Virus record (IMG/VR): IMGVR_UViG_3300025732_000017 | Source: a virus | Reading direction: 5' to 3' (one strand) | Length of the DNA: 64,000 nucleotides | Shown here: positions 39,192 to 48,053 of the stretch, one piece after another | How positions within the stretch are numbered: the stretch's first letter is position 1 | How the letters are laid out: each line of letters starts with the position of its first letter | The notes under the pieces: generated by a model | Seen by the model: only the letters and a program-made list of their open reading frames with translations | Told to the model about the DNA's origin: nothing | Database searches by the model: none | Program-made: the position numbers and the translations under genes

Positions 39192-39611
39192 ATGTATTAC
39201 ACAAAAAATGGCGAATATCCAAAACTACTACCAAATAGAATAAGATTGTTAAACGGTCAAACTAGAACTTTGCCTTTTACCGAAGAAGACATTAGTTTTG
39301 CTGGTTATAGATTAGTAGATCCACCGCCAAACGTAGATATTTCACAAAAACTAGAATGGACAGGTGTCAATTGGTTAGTATCAAACAAGTCACAGCAAGA
39401 AATTGACTCTCATTGGAATGAAGTAAGAAGACAACGTGATGAAAAAATCAAAGAAGTTGAATGGCGTTACAATAGATTTTATAGACATGAAAGATTAGGT
39501 CTTGCTCAAGTTGATTCTATACAAAATCTAGATGCATATGTACAGGCTTTGGCAGATATTACGAAACAAGAAAATCCTTTTAGCATAGTTTGGCCGAGTT
39601 TACAGGATTGA
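39192..39611 (+). CDS. Putative tail-fibre assembly chaperone
   Basis: W..VR..RD..I..EWR..Y.QALADIT.Q..P..I.WP C-terminal motif. Confidence 0.6.
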   Translation: MYYTKNGEYPKLLPNRIRLLNGQTRTLPFTEEDISFAGYRLVDPPPNVDISQKLEWTGVNWLVSNKSQQEIDSHWNEVRRQRDEKIKEVEWRYNRFYRHERLGLAQVDSIQNLDAYVQALADITKQENPFSIVWPSLQD

Positions 39612-39616
39612 CATAG

Positions 39617-40840
39617 ATGGCAATTAATTTTCCTAATTCACCAATAGCAGGAGAGTATTTTGTAACTGGTAATTTGACATACCAGTATACAGGAACAGTT
39701 TGGGTATCAGTAAATACAAAGACAAACAATGCTTTCAATCAAGCAAATACTGCATTTGATAAAGCAAATACTGCAAATGTAATTGCGTCGGCTGCTTTTA
39801 ATAAAGCGAATGGTGCTGCTCAACTATCATTTACTACTATAGTTGCAAATGGCACATCACTTGTAGCTGATTCTAACGCAGACACATTGACAATTAGAAC
39901 GACAGGAAACGTTGCCATAACTGCCGACGCATCTGGTGACAATCTAACATTTGATTTGACAACTACTGGTGTTACTGCTACCACATATGGTAATGCAACA
40001 ATAATACCTGTTATTACAGTTGATTCACGCGGTCGTTTAACTTCTGTAAGCAATGTTACAGTTGTTAGTTCTACACCAACAAATTCAATAGTATACGTTT
40101 CTGATACAGCACCAAGTGGTGTTTCAAATGGTACTCTGTGGTGGAATTCAAATAGTGCTACCCTATACATAAACTATGGAGATGGAGATACAACGCAATG
40201 GATCTCAACATCTGAAGGTGCTTTTGGTACTATAACAATTAGTTCAAATGCAATTGCTGTTGCCGCATTTGATAAAGCAAATGCCGCGGTATTGAAAACA
40301 GGAAATACCATGACAGGAAATCTTGTCATGTCGAGTGCAAACATTGCTTTTGCTACGTCAGTCAATAATGGTATATACTGGAATGGCACTTCGTTTATTC
40401 ATTCACCAGAGGCAAATGTATTAATATTTGGAACTTCTGCAGTTGAAGATTTTCGTATTGATTCTAACGGAAATTTAAATGTTGCAGTTGGTTTGTATGT
40501 TACAGGTACAGTTAGTGATTCAAAAGCAAATGTTTTATCACAAACATTGTCTGATAGCGCATCAATTTCATGGGATGCATCTTTAGGTAGAATAGCAATA
40601 GTAACATTGGGTGGCGCAAGAACGCTTGCAAACGCAACCAATATTCGTGTGGGCACATACGTTCTTAAAGTACAACAAAATACTACTGGTAATAGCACTT
40701 TGACTTTTGGAACACAATATAAGTTTACTGCAAACGTAACACCAACTTTGACATCGGCTGCAAATAGTGTAGATATATTTTCGTTTGTTTGTGATGGAAC
40801 AAATATGTATGGCGCAATGATACCAGATGTTAGATCATAA
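39617..40840 (+). CDS. Fibre/adaptor protein
   Basis: MAINFP N-terminus, SDTAPS..NGTLWWNS module, KTGNTMTG module, C-terminal adaptor domain ending YGAMIPDVRS. Confidence 0.8.
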   Translation: MAINFPNSPIAGEYFVTGNLTYQYTGTVWVSVNTKTNNAFNQANTAFDKANTANVIASAAFNKANGAAQLSFTTIVANGTSLVADSNADTLTIRTTGNVAITADASGDNLTFDLTTTGVTATTYGNATIIPVITVDSRGRLTSVSNVTVVSSTPTNSIVYVSDTAPSGVSNGTLWWNSNSATLYINYGDGDTTQWISTSEGAFGTITISSNAIAVAAFDKANAAVLKTGNTMTGNLVMSSANIAFATSVNNGIYWNGTSFIHSPEANVLIFGTSAVEDFRIDSNGNLNVAVGLYVTGTVSDSKANVLSQTLSDSASISWDASLGRIAIVTLGGARTLANATNIRVGTYVLKVQQNTTGNSTLTFGTQYKFTANVTPTLTSAANSVDIFSFVCDGTNMYGAMIPDVRS

Positions 40841-40851
40841 TAGGTAAAAAA

Positions 40852-41586
40852 ATGGCAATCAATTTTCCCAATTCACCAAACGTCGGAGATGTTTTTACAG
40901 TCAATGATTTGCAATATGAGTGGAATGGATCCGCATGGATTTCAATCAATTTAGTTCTACAATCCTCATTTGATAAAGCAAACTCAGCTAATATTTCTGC
41001 TGATGCTGCTGTAAAAAAAGTTGGCAATACCATGACAGGAAATCTTGTCATGTCAGGTGCCAATATTGCATTTGTTGATGCAACTAATTCTGGAATATAT
41101 TGGAGTGGAACTGGTTCTTCTTTTATACATTCACCATTAGCAAATACGTTAGTATTTGGTACAGCATTTGCTGAAGATATGAGATTAGATTCTAGTGGTA
41201 GACTTGGTATTGGAGTATCTTCTCCTCGCTCAAAATTTGACATCATAGGCGCTGCTGCTGGCGGCGTAACTACATTGACTGATGGCGCAACGATTACACC
41301 AGACTTTGCATCAAATAACAGCTTTACAGTAACATTGGGCGGTAATAGAACATTGGCAAATGCAACAAATACGACTATAGGTCAATCTGGTGTGATATAT
41401 GTTGCACAAGATGGCACTGGTAGTAGAACATTATCGTTTGGGCTAGCATACAAGTTTGTGGATAATTCAGCACCAACATTGACAACGACTGCAAATGCTG
41501 TTGATGCGATCATATATTCTGTGCGTACAACGAATTCATATGTATGTCAAGTTCTATTGAATGTTGGTAATATAAATGATACTTGA
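40852..41586 (+). CDS. Fibre/adaptor protein
   Basis: MAINFP N-terminus, K.GNTMTG module, adaptor domain TLTDGATI..VTLGGNRTLAN..QDGTGSRTL with a divergent C-terminus. Confidence 0.8.
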   Translation: MAINFPNSPNVGDVFTVNDLQYEWNGSAWISINLVLQSSFDKANSANISADAAVKKVGNTMTGNLVMSGANIAFVDATNSGIYWSGTGSSFIHSPLANTLVFGTAFAEDMRLDSSGRLGIGVSSPRSKFDIIGAAAGGVTTLTDGATITPDFASNNSFTVTLGGNRTLANATNTTIGQSGVIYVAQDGTGSRTLSFGLAYKFVDNSAPTLTTTANAVDAIIYSVRTTNSYVCQVLLNVGNINDT

Positions 41587-41595
41587 GGTTATGAA

Positions 41596-44500
41596 ATGAT
41601 TCCGGGCAGTGTTCATCCTCTTCTTGCAGGTGGAACGAGTTATTCTATAGCATATTCAATGCGTTTTAGACCAGGCAGTAGTGTTTTGTCTAGAAGTTTG
41701 GCTGCAAGTGGAAATCTTGATAAATGGACATGGAGTTGTTGGATCAAGCGAGGTGGTCCTTTTGCAACTTTTTATCCTTTATTAGCTGGAACAATAGGTG
41801 GAAGCACATATTATCAATCTGTTTTTGGTATAAATTCATCAGATCAACTTTGGTATTATCAATTTACAAATGCTGTTGGTTACTATGTAAACGTAACAAG
41901 CACTGGAGTTTTACGGGATCCATCAGCTTGGTATCATATCGTTTTGAAGTATGATCGTCTTGGATCAAATATGGTGGCTTGGGTAAACAATCAAGAATAT
42001 ATAAACACATCTTCATATACCACAACAGTTCAGTATATAAATTCTTCTTCAGCCACTCAATATTATGGTAACTACACATATCAGAGTAATCCTGGCGGTG
42101 TTTATGATGGCTATATGTCTGATTTACATTTCATTGATAATCAAGCATTGACGCCGTCTTCTTTTGCTGAAACAGATCCCGTAACTGGTGTTTGGAGACC
42201 AAAAAAATATCTTGGAACTTATACAGGAACAAGTCATAGACTAGAGTTTGCAAATAGTTCAAACTTTGGCGTAGACACCAGCGGAAATGCAAACAATTGG
42301 ACTCAAAGTGCTGGTGTTGCATCAACTGATCAAATGACTGATACACCCACATTGAATTATGCTATTTTAAACGTTGTAGATAAAGGTACTAGCATAACAA
42401 CAGCGAATGGTAATTTACAAGTAAAAAATTCTAGTGGTGGTTCCTTTGAAAGAATAAGATCGTCTATTGGTATGACCACAGGAAAATGGTATGCTGAGTT
42501 TGTAATTAATTCAGAAGGTAATCCGAGTAGAATTCAGTCAGGTTTAATGTCGGGTTCGGCCAGTATTACTATAAGTTATCTTGGCAACGGCGATGCTCTA
42601 TCCTGGTCAATATTGGAAAGCGTCGGAAGTCTTTATAAAATAACTAATAGTACTACAACATTGTATGTTTCTGGAGGAACTTTAGATCCTGGAGATATAC
42701 ACATGTTAGCCTATGACGCGGATGCTGGAAAATTTTGGTACGGAAAAAATGGCTCTTGGTTTGCTAGTGGAAATCCCGCCGCAGGAACTAATGAAATGTT
42801 TTCTGGTGTTTCTGTTTCAGGTCAAGCCATATTTTTTGCATCAAGTGCTTATAATACATCGGACTCTGGTACTTGGAATTTTGGTCAAAGACCCTTCGTT
42901 TATACCCCACCAACAGGATTTGTGGCACTAAATTCAAATAATCTTTTAGCACCAACAATCAAAAAAGGCAATACATATTTTGATGTAATCACATATACAG
43001 GTAATGGATCAACATCAAATGTTAGTATTACAGGTACAGCTTTTACACCAGATTTTATTTGGTTCAAGAGAAGAAATTCAACAACGAATGGTGATCATGT
43101 AATAATAGACAGTTCACGTTTTAGTGGATTGACTGCAGCAAATACATTTATTTCTAATACAGGATTGAATTGGGCTGGTGATACTGCAAATTGGCAATGG
43201 GGTATTGACACAGCAAATTCTGGTGTGAGAGGTGGCGGATCTCTTGGAACAAATGTAAGAACTGGCATATATTATGATGTTGATATTGATGCAAATACTC
43301 CATTTGAAGTTGAATATCAATTAAGAGGTATTGACGCAGCAAATTCTGCGGGTATAGTTGCAATTTATAGAAAAGAAGATCAGGGAAATATAGGAACTAC
43401 CGGTAATCGCTTTGCATTAGGCATGTTTTCTCAAACATCTACTCATTGGGTCGGTGGTGTAGATCCTGCGCCAACTATTGGACTTTCATTTCAGCATTCA
43501 AGTACACCAGCGGCTGAAGCAGCTGAAGAAAAGTACGCAAATGTTGTCTCGTTGACATCAAATGTCGCAACGACTAACGTGTTTGTACTTACTCGCGAAG
43601 CCGATGGTAACTTGAGAGCGTATAGAACAAACTCATCCGGAAATCGTATTTTGGTCAAGACACATTATGAAAAAACAAATTCAGCAATGAGGGTTGCCAT
43701 AGGATCTGGTTCAGAAGGTAATTTCTTAGGTCTTCAATATCTAAAAATAAATCTAGTTGGTGCAAGTTCTACGGCCACAAGATATTCTTCTCAATACACA
43801 AATCTTACTACATTTGACAAGATTGAAGAAGAGTTTGTTTCATTTAACTCAAATGGATTTACAATTAAAAATAATGGAATTAATGCTGCAGCTGATGGTG
43901 CTAGAATAACTTCACGATTAAATATAAACACAGCAACTATGGTGTCGTGGGCATGGAAAAAAAGTCCTACATCAGGATTTGACATTGTCACATATACGGG
44001 AACTGGGGCAAACACAAATGTAAGTCATTCTCTTGGTGTTGCACCATCAATGATAATTGTCAAACAACGCGCATCAAATACAACAACTAATTGGGCTGTT
44101 TGGCACACCAGCATTGCAAACACAAATTATCTTTTGTTGAATGGCACTGCTGCAGCAGCCGCGGGAGCGACATATTGGAATAATATAACTGCAAATTCTA
44201 CAACGTTTAGTCTAGGTACTCATCTTGATGTAAATTTCAATAATGCCAGATATGTTGCTTATCTTTGGTCTGAGGTTGCAGGATTTAGTAGATTTGGATC
44301 ATATGTTGGAAATAATAGTACAGATGGTCCGTTTGTTTGGTGTGGATTTAGACCAAGATTTTTACTTCTTCGCACAAACGCATTGGCAAATTGGGTTTTA
44401 GTTGATGCTGTAAGAAGTACAACAAATCCTATATCATTGTCTCTACAAGCCGATAACACTACTGTAGAGACAAGTTTCGCATATTTAGATATTTTATCTA

Positions 44501-44610
44501 ATGGATTTAAAATTAAAAGTACATCTGGTGGCGGAATAAATTCAGCATCAACAACAACATTTTTTGCAGCATTTGCTGAGACACCATTCAAATATGCAAG
44601 AGCAAGATAA
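41596..44610 (+). CDS. Large fibre-tip protein (LamG + SPRY-like + C-terminal beta domain)
   Basis: WTWSCWIKR, DPSAWYHIV, DGYMSDLHFID, GKWYAEF, NFGQRPF.YTPPTGF.AL, GFDIVTYTGTG, GPFV.CGFRP.F motifs. Confidence 0.85.
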   Translation: MIPGSVHPLLAGGTSYSIAYSMRFRPGSSVLSRSLAASGNLDKWTWSCWIKRGGPFATFYPLLAGTIGGSTYYQSVFGINSSDQLWYYQFTNAVGYYVNVTSTGVLRDPSAWYHIVLKYDRLGSNMVAWVNNQEYINTSSYTTTVQYINSSSATQYYGNYTYQSNPGGVYDGYMSDLHFIDNQALTPSSFAETDPVTGVWRPKKYLGTYTGTSHRLEFANSSNFGVDTSGNANNWTQSAGVASTDQMTDTPTLNYAILNVVDKGTSITTANGNLQVKNSSGGSFERIRSSIGMTTGKWYAEFVINSEGNPSRIQSGLMSGSASITISYLGNGDALSWSILESVGSLYKITNSTTTLYVSGGTLDPGDIHMLAYDADAGKFWYGKNGSWFASGNPAAGTNEMFSGVSVSGQAIFFASSAYNTSDSGTWNFGQRPFVYTPPTGFVALNSNNLLAPTIKKGNTYFDVITYTGNGSTSNVSITGTAFTPDFIWFKRRNSTTNGDHVIIDSSRFSGLTAANTFISNTGLNWAGDTANWQWGIDTANSGVRGGGSLGTNVRTGIYYDVDIDANTPFEVEYQLRGIDAANSAGIVAIYRKEDQGNIGTTGNRFALGMFSQTSTHWVGGVDPAPTIGLSFQHSSTPAAEAAEEKYANVVSLTSNVATTNVFVLTREADGNLRAYRTNSSGNRILVKTHYEKTNSAMRVAIGSGSEGNFLGLQYLKINLVGASSTATRYSSQYTNLTTFDKIEEEFVSFNSNGFTIKNNGINAAADGARITSRLNINTATMVSWAWKKSPTSGFDIVTYTGTGANTNVSHSLGVAPSMIIVKQRASNTTTNWAVWHTSIANTNYLLLNGTAAAAAGATYWNNITANSTTFSLGTHLDVNFNNARYVAYLWSEVAGFSRFGSYVGNNSTDGPFVWCGFRPRFLLLRTNALANWVLVDAVRSTTNPISLSLQADNTTVETSFAYLDILSNGFKIKSTSGGGINSASTTTFFAAFAETPFKYARAR

Positions 44611-44621
44611 AAACAATTCAT

Positions 44622-44629
44622 TATAAATA
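44622..44629 (+). promoter_or_regulatory. T4-type late promoter
   Basis: Exact TATAAATA upstream of ATG 44654. Confidence 0.75.
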
Positions 44630-44653
44630 TAAAAAGAAATAAAAAGGTAAAAT

Positions 44654-45109
44654 ATGTTTGTATTAGATGGAAAACCGCTACAAGTTGATGTTCCTTTCAT
44701 ACACAATGGTATTCAATATCCAGCAAATTGGCTAAGACTTACCACATGGGAAGAAAAATCAGCAATTGGTATTACTGAAGTTTCAGATCCTGTAAGACCC
44801 GATGATCGCTTTTATTATGTTAGTATGCAAGGTGATCCTGTACCAAAAGACCTAGATTCATTGAAAGAAACTTTTAAAAACCAAGTAAATACTACTACAT
44901 ACGCAATATTACAAACAACTGATTGGTATGTAATTAGAAAGCAAGAAACAGGAGTTGAAATACCAGAAAAGATTGCAACTCATAGAAGTGCTGTTAGAGC
45001 TGCTTCAGAAGCAAACAAAACTGCGCTAAACGCAGCAACGAATCTAGAAGAGTTTATTGCTGCCGTTGAACAGATATATTCATCTTGGCCTGTTTTAGAA
45101 CCAAAGTAA
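44654..45109 (+). CDS. Putative tail-fibre assembly chaperone
   Basis: IQYPANWL and L..TDWYVIRK.ETG..IP..I..HR.AVR motifs; ends WP. Confidence 0.6.
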   Translation: MFVLDGKPLQVDVPFIHNGIQYPANWLRLTTWEEKSAIGITEVSDPVRPDDRFYYVSMQGDPVPKDLDSLKETFKNQVNTTTYAILQTTDWYVIRKQETGVEIPEKIATHRSAVRAASEANKTALNAATNLEEFIAAVEQIYSSWPVLEPK

Positions 45110-45125
45110 AAAAGAAAAATGACAC

Positions 45126-45992
45126 ATGGCAATTAATTTCCCTATTAATCCTGTAGACGGTGATAGATTTACTCAGAGCGGTTTATCTTTCACATATAGT
45201 GCTACAATCGGAGCATGGGAAAAAACCCCTAAGATTTTGATATCCGACGAAGCACCTGCCAATACATCAAACGGCACATTATGGTGGAATTCAAATGATG
45301 GTGCATTATATATTAATTATAACGATAGCAATAGTTCACAATGGGTTGTGACATTTCCGCGAGGTAGCGGATCAACATCAAATAGTCCTAATTCAAATGG
45401 AGTCTATTTGACTGTTTCTAGTGCGGTATTAAAGACAGGCAACACCATGACAGGTGATCTTGTCATGTCTTCTGCAAACATCACATTTTTAACAACATCA
45501 AATAGCGGTGTATACTGGAATAATACTTCATTTATTCATTCACCTTCGGCAAATGTAGTAGTTTTAGGAACATCTTCTACCGAAGACATTAGAATAGATT
45601 CAACAGGTAATGTTGGCATAAAAACATCATCACCTGCCGCAAGTCTTGATGTAGTTGGATCAATATCTGATGCGAAAGCCAATAACATATCTCAAACCTT
45701 GACGGATGGTGTGTCAATAACATGGGATGGTTCCCTAGGCAGAATAGCGACTGTAACATTAGGCGGAAATAGAACACTTGCAAATGCAACAAACCTGAGA
45801 GTTGGTACATACATTCTTCATGTTATACAAGATTCAGTTGGTAGTCGAACATTAACATTTTCAAATCAATACAAGTTTACTGCAAATGTTCAACCAACTT
45901 TGACAACTGCAGCAAATAGTAGAGATCTTTTCTCGTTTGTTTCAGACGGAACAAACATGTATGGCGCAATGATACCAGACGTTAGATCTTGA
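45126..45992 (+). CDS. Fibre/adaptor protein
   Basis: MAINFP, SDEAP..NGTLWWNS and KTGNTMTG modules; adaptor domain ending YGAMIPDVRS. Confidence 0.8.
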   Translation: MAINFPINPVDGDRFTQSGLSFTYSATIGAWEKTPKILISDEAPANTSNGTLWWNSNDGALYINYNDSNSSQWVVTFPRGSGSTSNSPNSNGVYLTVSSAVLKTGNTMTGDLVMSSANITFLTTSNSGVYWNNTSFIHSPSANVVVLGTSSTEDIRIDSTGNVGIKTSSPAASLDVVGSISDAKANNISQTLTDGVSITWDGSLGRIATVTLGGNRTLANATNLRVGTYILHVIQDSVGSRTLTFSNQYKFTANVQPTLTTAANSRDLFSFVSDGTNMYGAMIPDVRS

Positions 45993-46005
45993 GGTTAAAC
46001 CCACA

Positions 46006-46920
46006 ATGTTTGTAACGATAATATCAAGACCTTATGCACTACTGAATATAACATCAACTTCAAATAATTATAATCTTAGGTCGGCAACAGGAACTGCGAT
46101 AGGAGTACCTCATCCTAATTTTCCAATAAATGTAATTTCATTTATTACTGCAAATGTTTCGGGAAATTCAAATACAGTTCCCGCATATAGAACGGCAAAT
46201 GGTTGGCATGGCGGAACTTCAATATTTGTTAGAAATAGAGCAACAATAACTGGAGCAACGGGACCAACTGGAGTTGCTGGCACAGGCGGTGCCGGAGGCG
46301 GTGGATCTGGTTATCCTACTAATCCAGGTTCAGCAGGTTCATCTGGTGGTACTGGTGGAATTGGAAATTTAGGCGGATCTGCTTTTACTGCTGATGCTGC
46401 AAATAATGTTAAAATTATAGTTGATAATTTGGGAACAATTACAGGAGGTGCCGGTGGTCCAGGCGGTCCTGGTGGTGGCGGTGGCGGTGGCGGCGGTGTT
46501 TTGGGATATCTATTGGTTCCTAGTAAAGGCGTGCCATATTATAACTATTATGGCGGTGGCGGTGGTGGTGGCGGTGCTGGTATTCCTGGTGGAACTGGTG
46601 GCGTTGGCGGAGGTTCTTTATTTGTACCAAATGGATCGACAGGATCAAACGGAACGGCATCACTAGGTGGTGCAGGTGGTGCAGCGTCTCCAGGCGGAAG
46701 TCCTGCTGCTGGTGCTGGCGGCCCTGGTGGTAATACAGCACAAGCAGGATTTGGTGGTGCAAATGGCGGTGGTGGTTACGCATTCAATACAACATACGGT
46801 GCAAAACCTGGAGGTGCCGCAGGAGCAACTGGTAACATAGGCGATACAGGATTTGCTGTTACAGGTAACACAAATATCATTTACATTACTTTAGGAACAA
46901 GAAACGGACCAGTTTCTTAA
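46006..46920 (+). CDS. Glycine-rich fibre-tip adhesin, gp38-like (copy 2)
   Basis: Paralogue of 28359-29264, sharing YLLVPSKGVPYYNYYGGGGGG. Confidence 0.7.
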   Translation: MFVTIISRPYALLNITSTSNNYNLRSATGTAIGVPHPNFPINVISFITANVSGNSNTVPAYRTANGWHGGTSIFVRNRATITGATGPTGVAGTGGAGGGGSGYPTNPGSAGSSGGTGGIGNLGGSAFTADAANNVKIIVDNLGTITGGAGGPGGPGGGGGGGGGVLGYLLVPSKGVPYYNYYGGGGGGGGAGIPGGTGGVGGGSLFVPNGSTGSNGTASLGGAGGAASPGGSPAAGAGGPGGNTAQAGFGGANGGGGYAFNTTYGAKPGGAAGATGNIGDTGFAVTGNTNIIYITLGTRNGPVS

Positions 46921-46930
46921 AATAAATATA

Positions 46931-47077
46931 ATGAAAAATAAAATTGTAATTGAACTTTCGATAGAAGAACTAAACCAGATATTGGGTGCTTTGGCTAAAT
47001 TACCATATGAAGTATCCGTAAGTATTATAAACAAATTAGTAAAAATAGCACAAGAGCAACTAAAAAACAATGAATAG
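46931..47077 (+). CDS. Small hypothetical protein (48 aa)
   Basis: Not in the ORF track. MKNKIVIELSIEELNQILGALAKLPYEVSVSIINKLVKIAQEQLKNNE* fills the gap; AATAAATA just upstream. Confidence 0.65.
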   Translation: MKNKIVIELSIEELNQILGALAKLPYEVSVSIINKLVKIAQEQLKNNE

Positions 47078-47085
47078 GTAATAAA

Positions 47086-48045
47086 ATGGCAACACCAAGT
47101 TCTCGTACCGCACTCATAGATTATTGCAAGCGTCGTCTTGGATTTCCCGTCATTGAAATCAATGTTGATGACGATCAAGTTGAAGATCGTATTGATGATG
47201 CACTACAATACTTTCAAGATTATCACTACGATGCAATTCAAAAAGTCTATCTAAAGCATCTTGTAACTCAAACGGATGTTGATCGTCAATATATTGACAT
47301 GACTCAAGCATCTGGTGCTGCTACAGTTGTTTCTGGAAATGCAACAGTTACTGGTTCGGGTACAAATTTTGCCGCAGAATTTACCGCAGGTGTAACACAG
47401 CTTACGATCAACGGTGAAACAAAAACCGTGTCTACAATAAATGACAAGGGTTCAATGGTGATGAACTCCGTGTTCTCATCAAGTGCAAATTCAGTTCCTA
47501 TTACAATTTATGGCGCGTCTGATCTAATTACAGGTGTAACAAGAATATTTCCGTTGTCATCAACAAATGCAACTGTCAATATGTTTGATCTTCGTTATCA
47601 GCTTCGCCTACACGAACTATATGACTTCACATCAACATCATATGTCAATTATGTATTGACGCAGCAACATCTTCGCACGTTGGATATGCTATTTTCTGGC
47701 GAGCAACCAATTCGCTTCAATCGTCATCAGAATAGATTGTATATCGATCTTCAATGGGGAACGGATATACAGACAAATGAATACTTGATCATAGAAGCAT
47801 ATAGAATTGTTGATCCGGATTCATATAATGATGTATATAATGATCGTTGGTTGAAGAGATACTCAACCGCATTGATCAAGCGTCAATGGGGATTGAACTT
47901 GAAGAAGTTTGGTGGTATTCAATTACCCGGTGGTGTTCAGTTGAATGGTCAGCAAATATATGACGAAGCTGAATCTGAAATTGCTACACTAGAACAAGAG
48001 ATGCAAGACAAGTACGAAGTTCCACCAGAGTTTATACTGGGCTAA
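47086..48045 (+). CDS. gp13: Neck protein gp13 with a ~65-aa insertion
   Basis: SR..LIDYCKRRLG.PVIEINVDDDQVEDRID.AL, FNRHQNRLYID, WL..Y.TALIKRQWG.NL.KF motifs. Confidence 0.95.
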   Translation: MATPSSRTALIDYCKRRLGFPVIEINVDDDQVEDRIDDALQYFQDYHYDAIQKVYLKHLVTQTDVDRQYIDMTQASGAATVVSGNATVTGSGTNFAAEFTAGVTQLTINGETKTVSTINDKGSMVMNSVFSSSANSVPITIYGASDLITGVTRIFPLSSTNATVNMFDLRYQLRLHELYDFTSTSYVNYVLTQQHLRTLDMLFSGEQPIRFNRHQNRLYIDLQWGTDIQTNEYLIIEAYRIVDPDSYNDVYNDRWLKRYSTALIKRQWGLNLKKFGGIQLPGGVQLNGQQIYDEAESEIATLEQEMQDKYEVPPEFILG

Positions 48046-48053
48046 GGCACTCG

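Noticed and set aside
28359-46920. Diversity-generating retroelement (paralogous tips as template and variable repeats)
   Set aside because: Differences are mostly synonymous at any base, not adenine-specific; both copies are full genes; no reverse transcriptase in the window.
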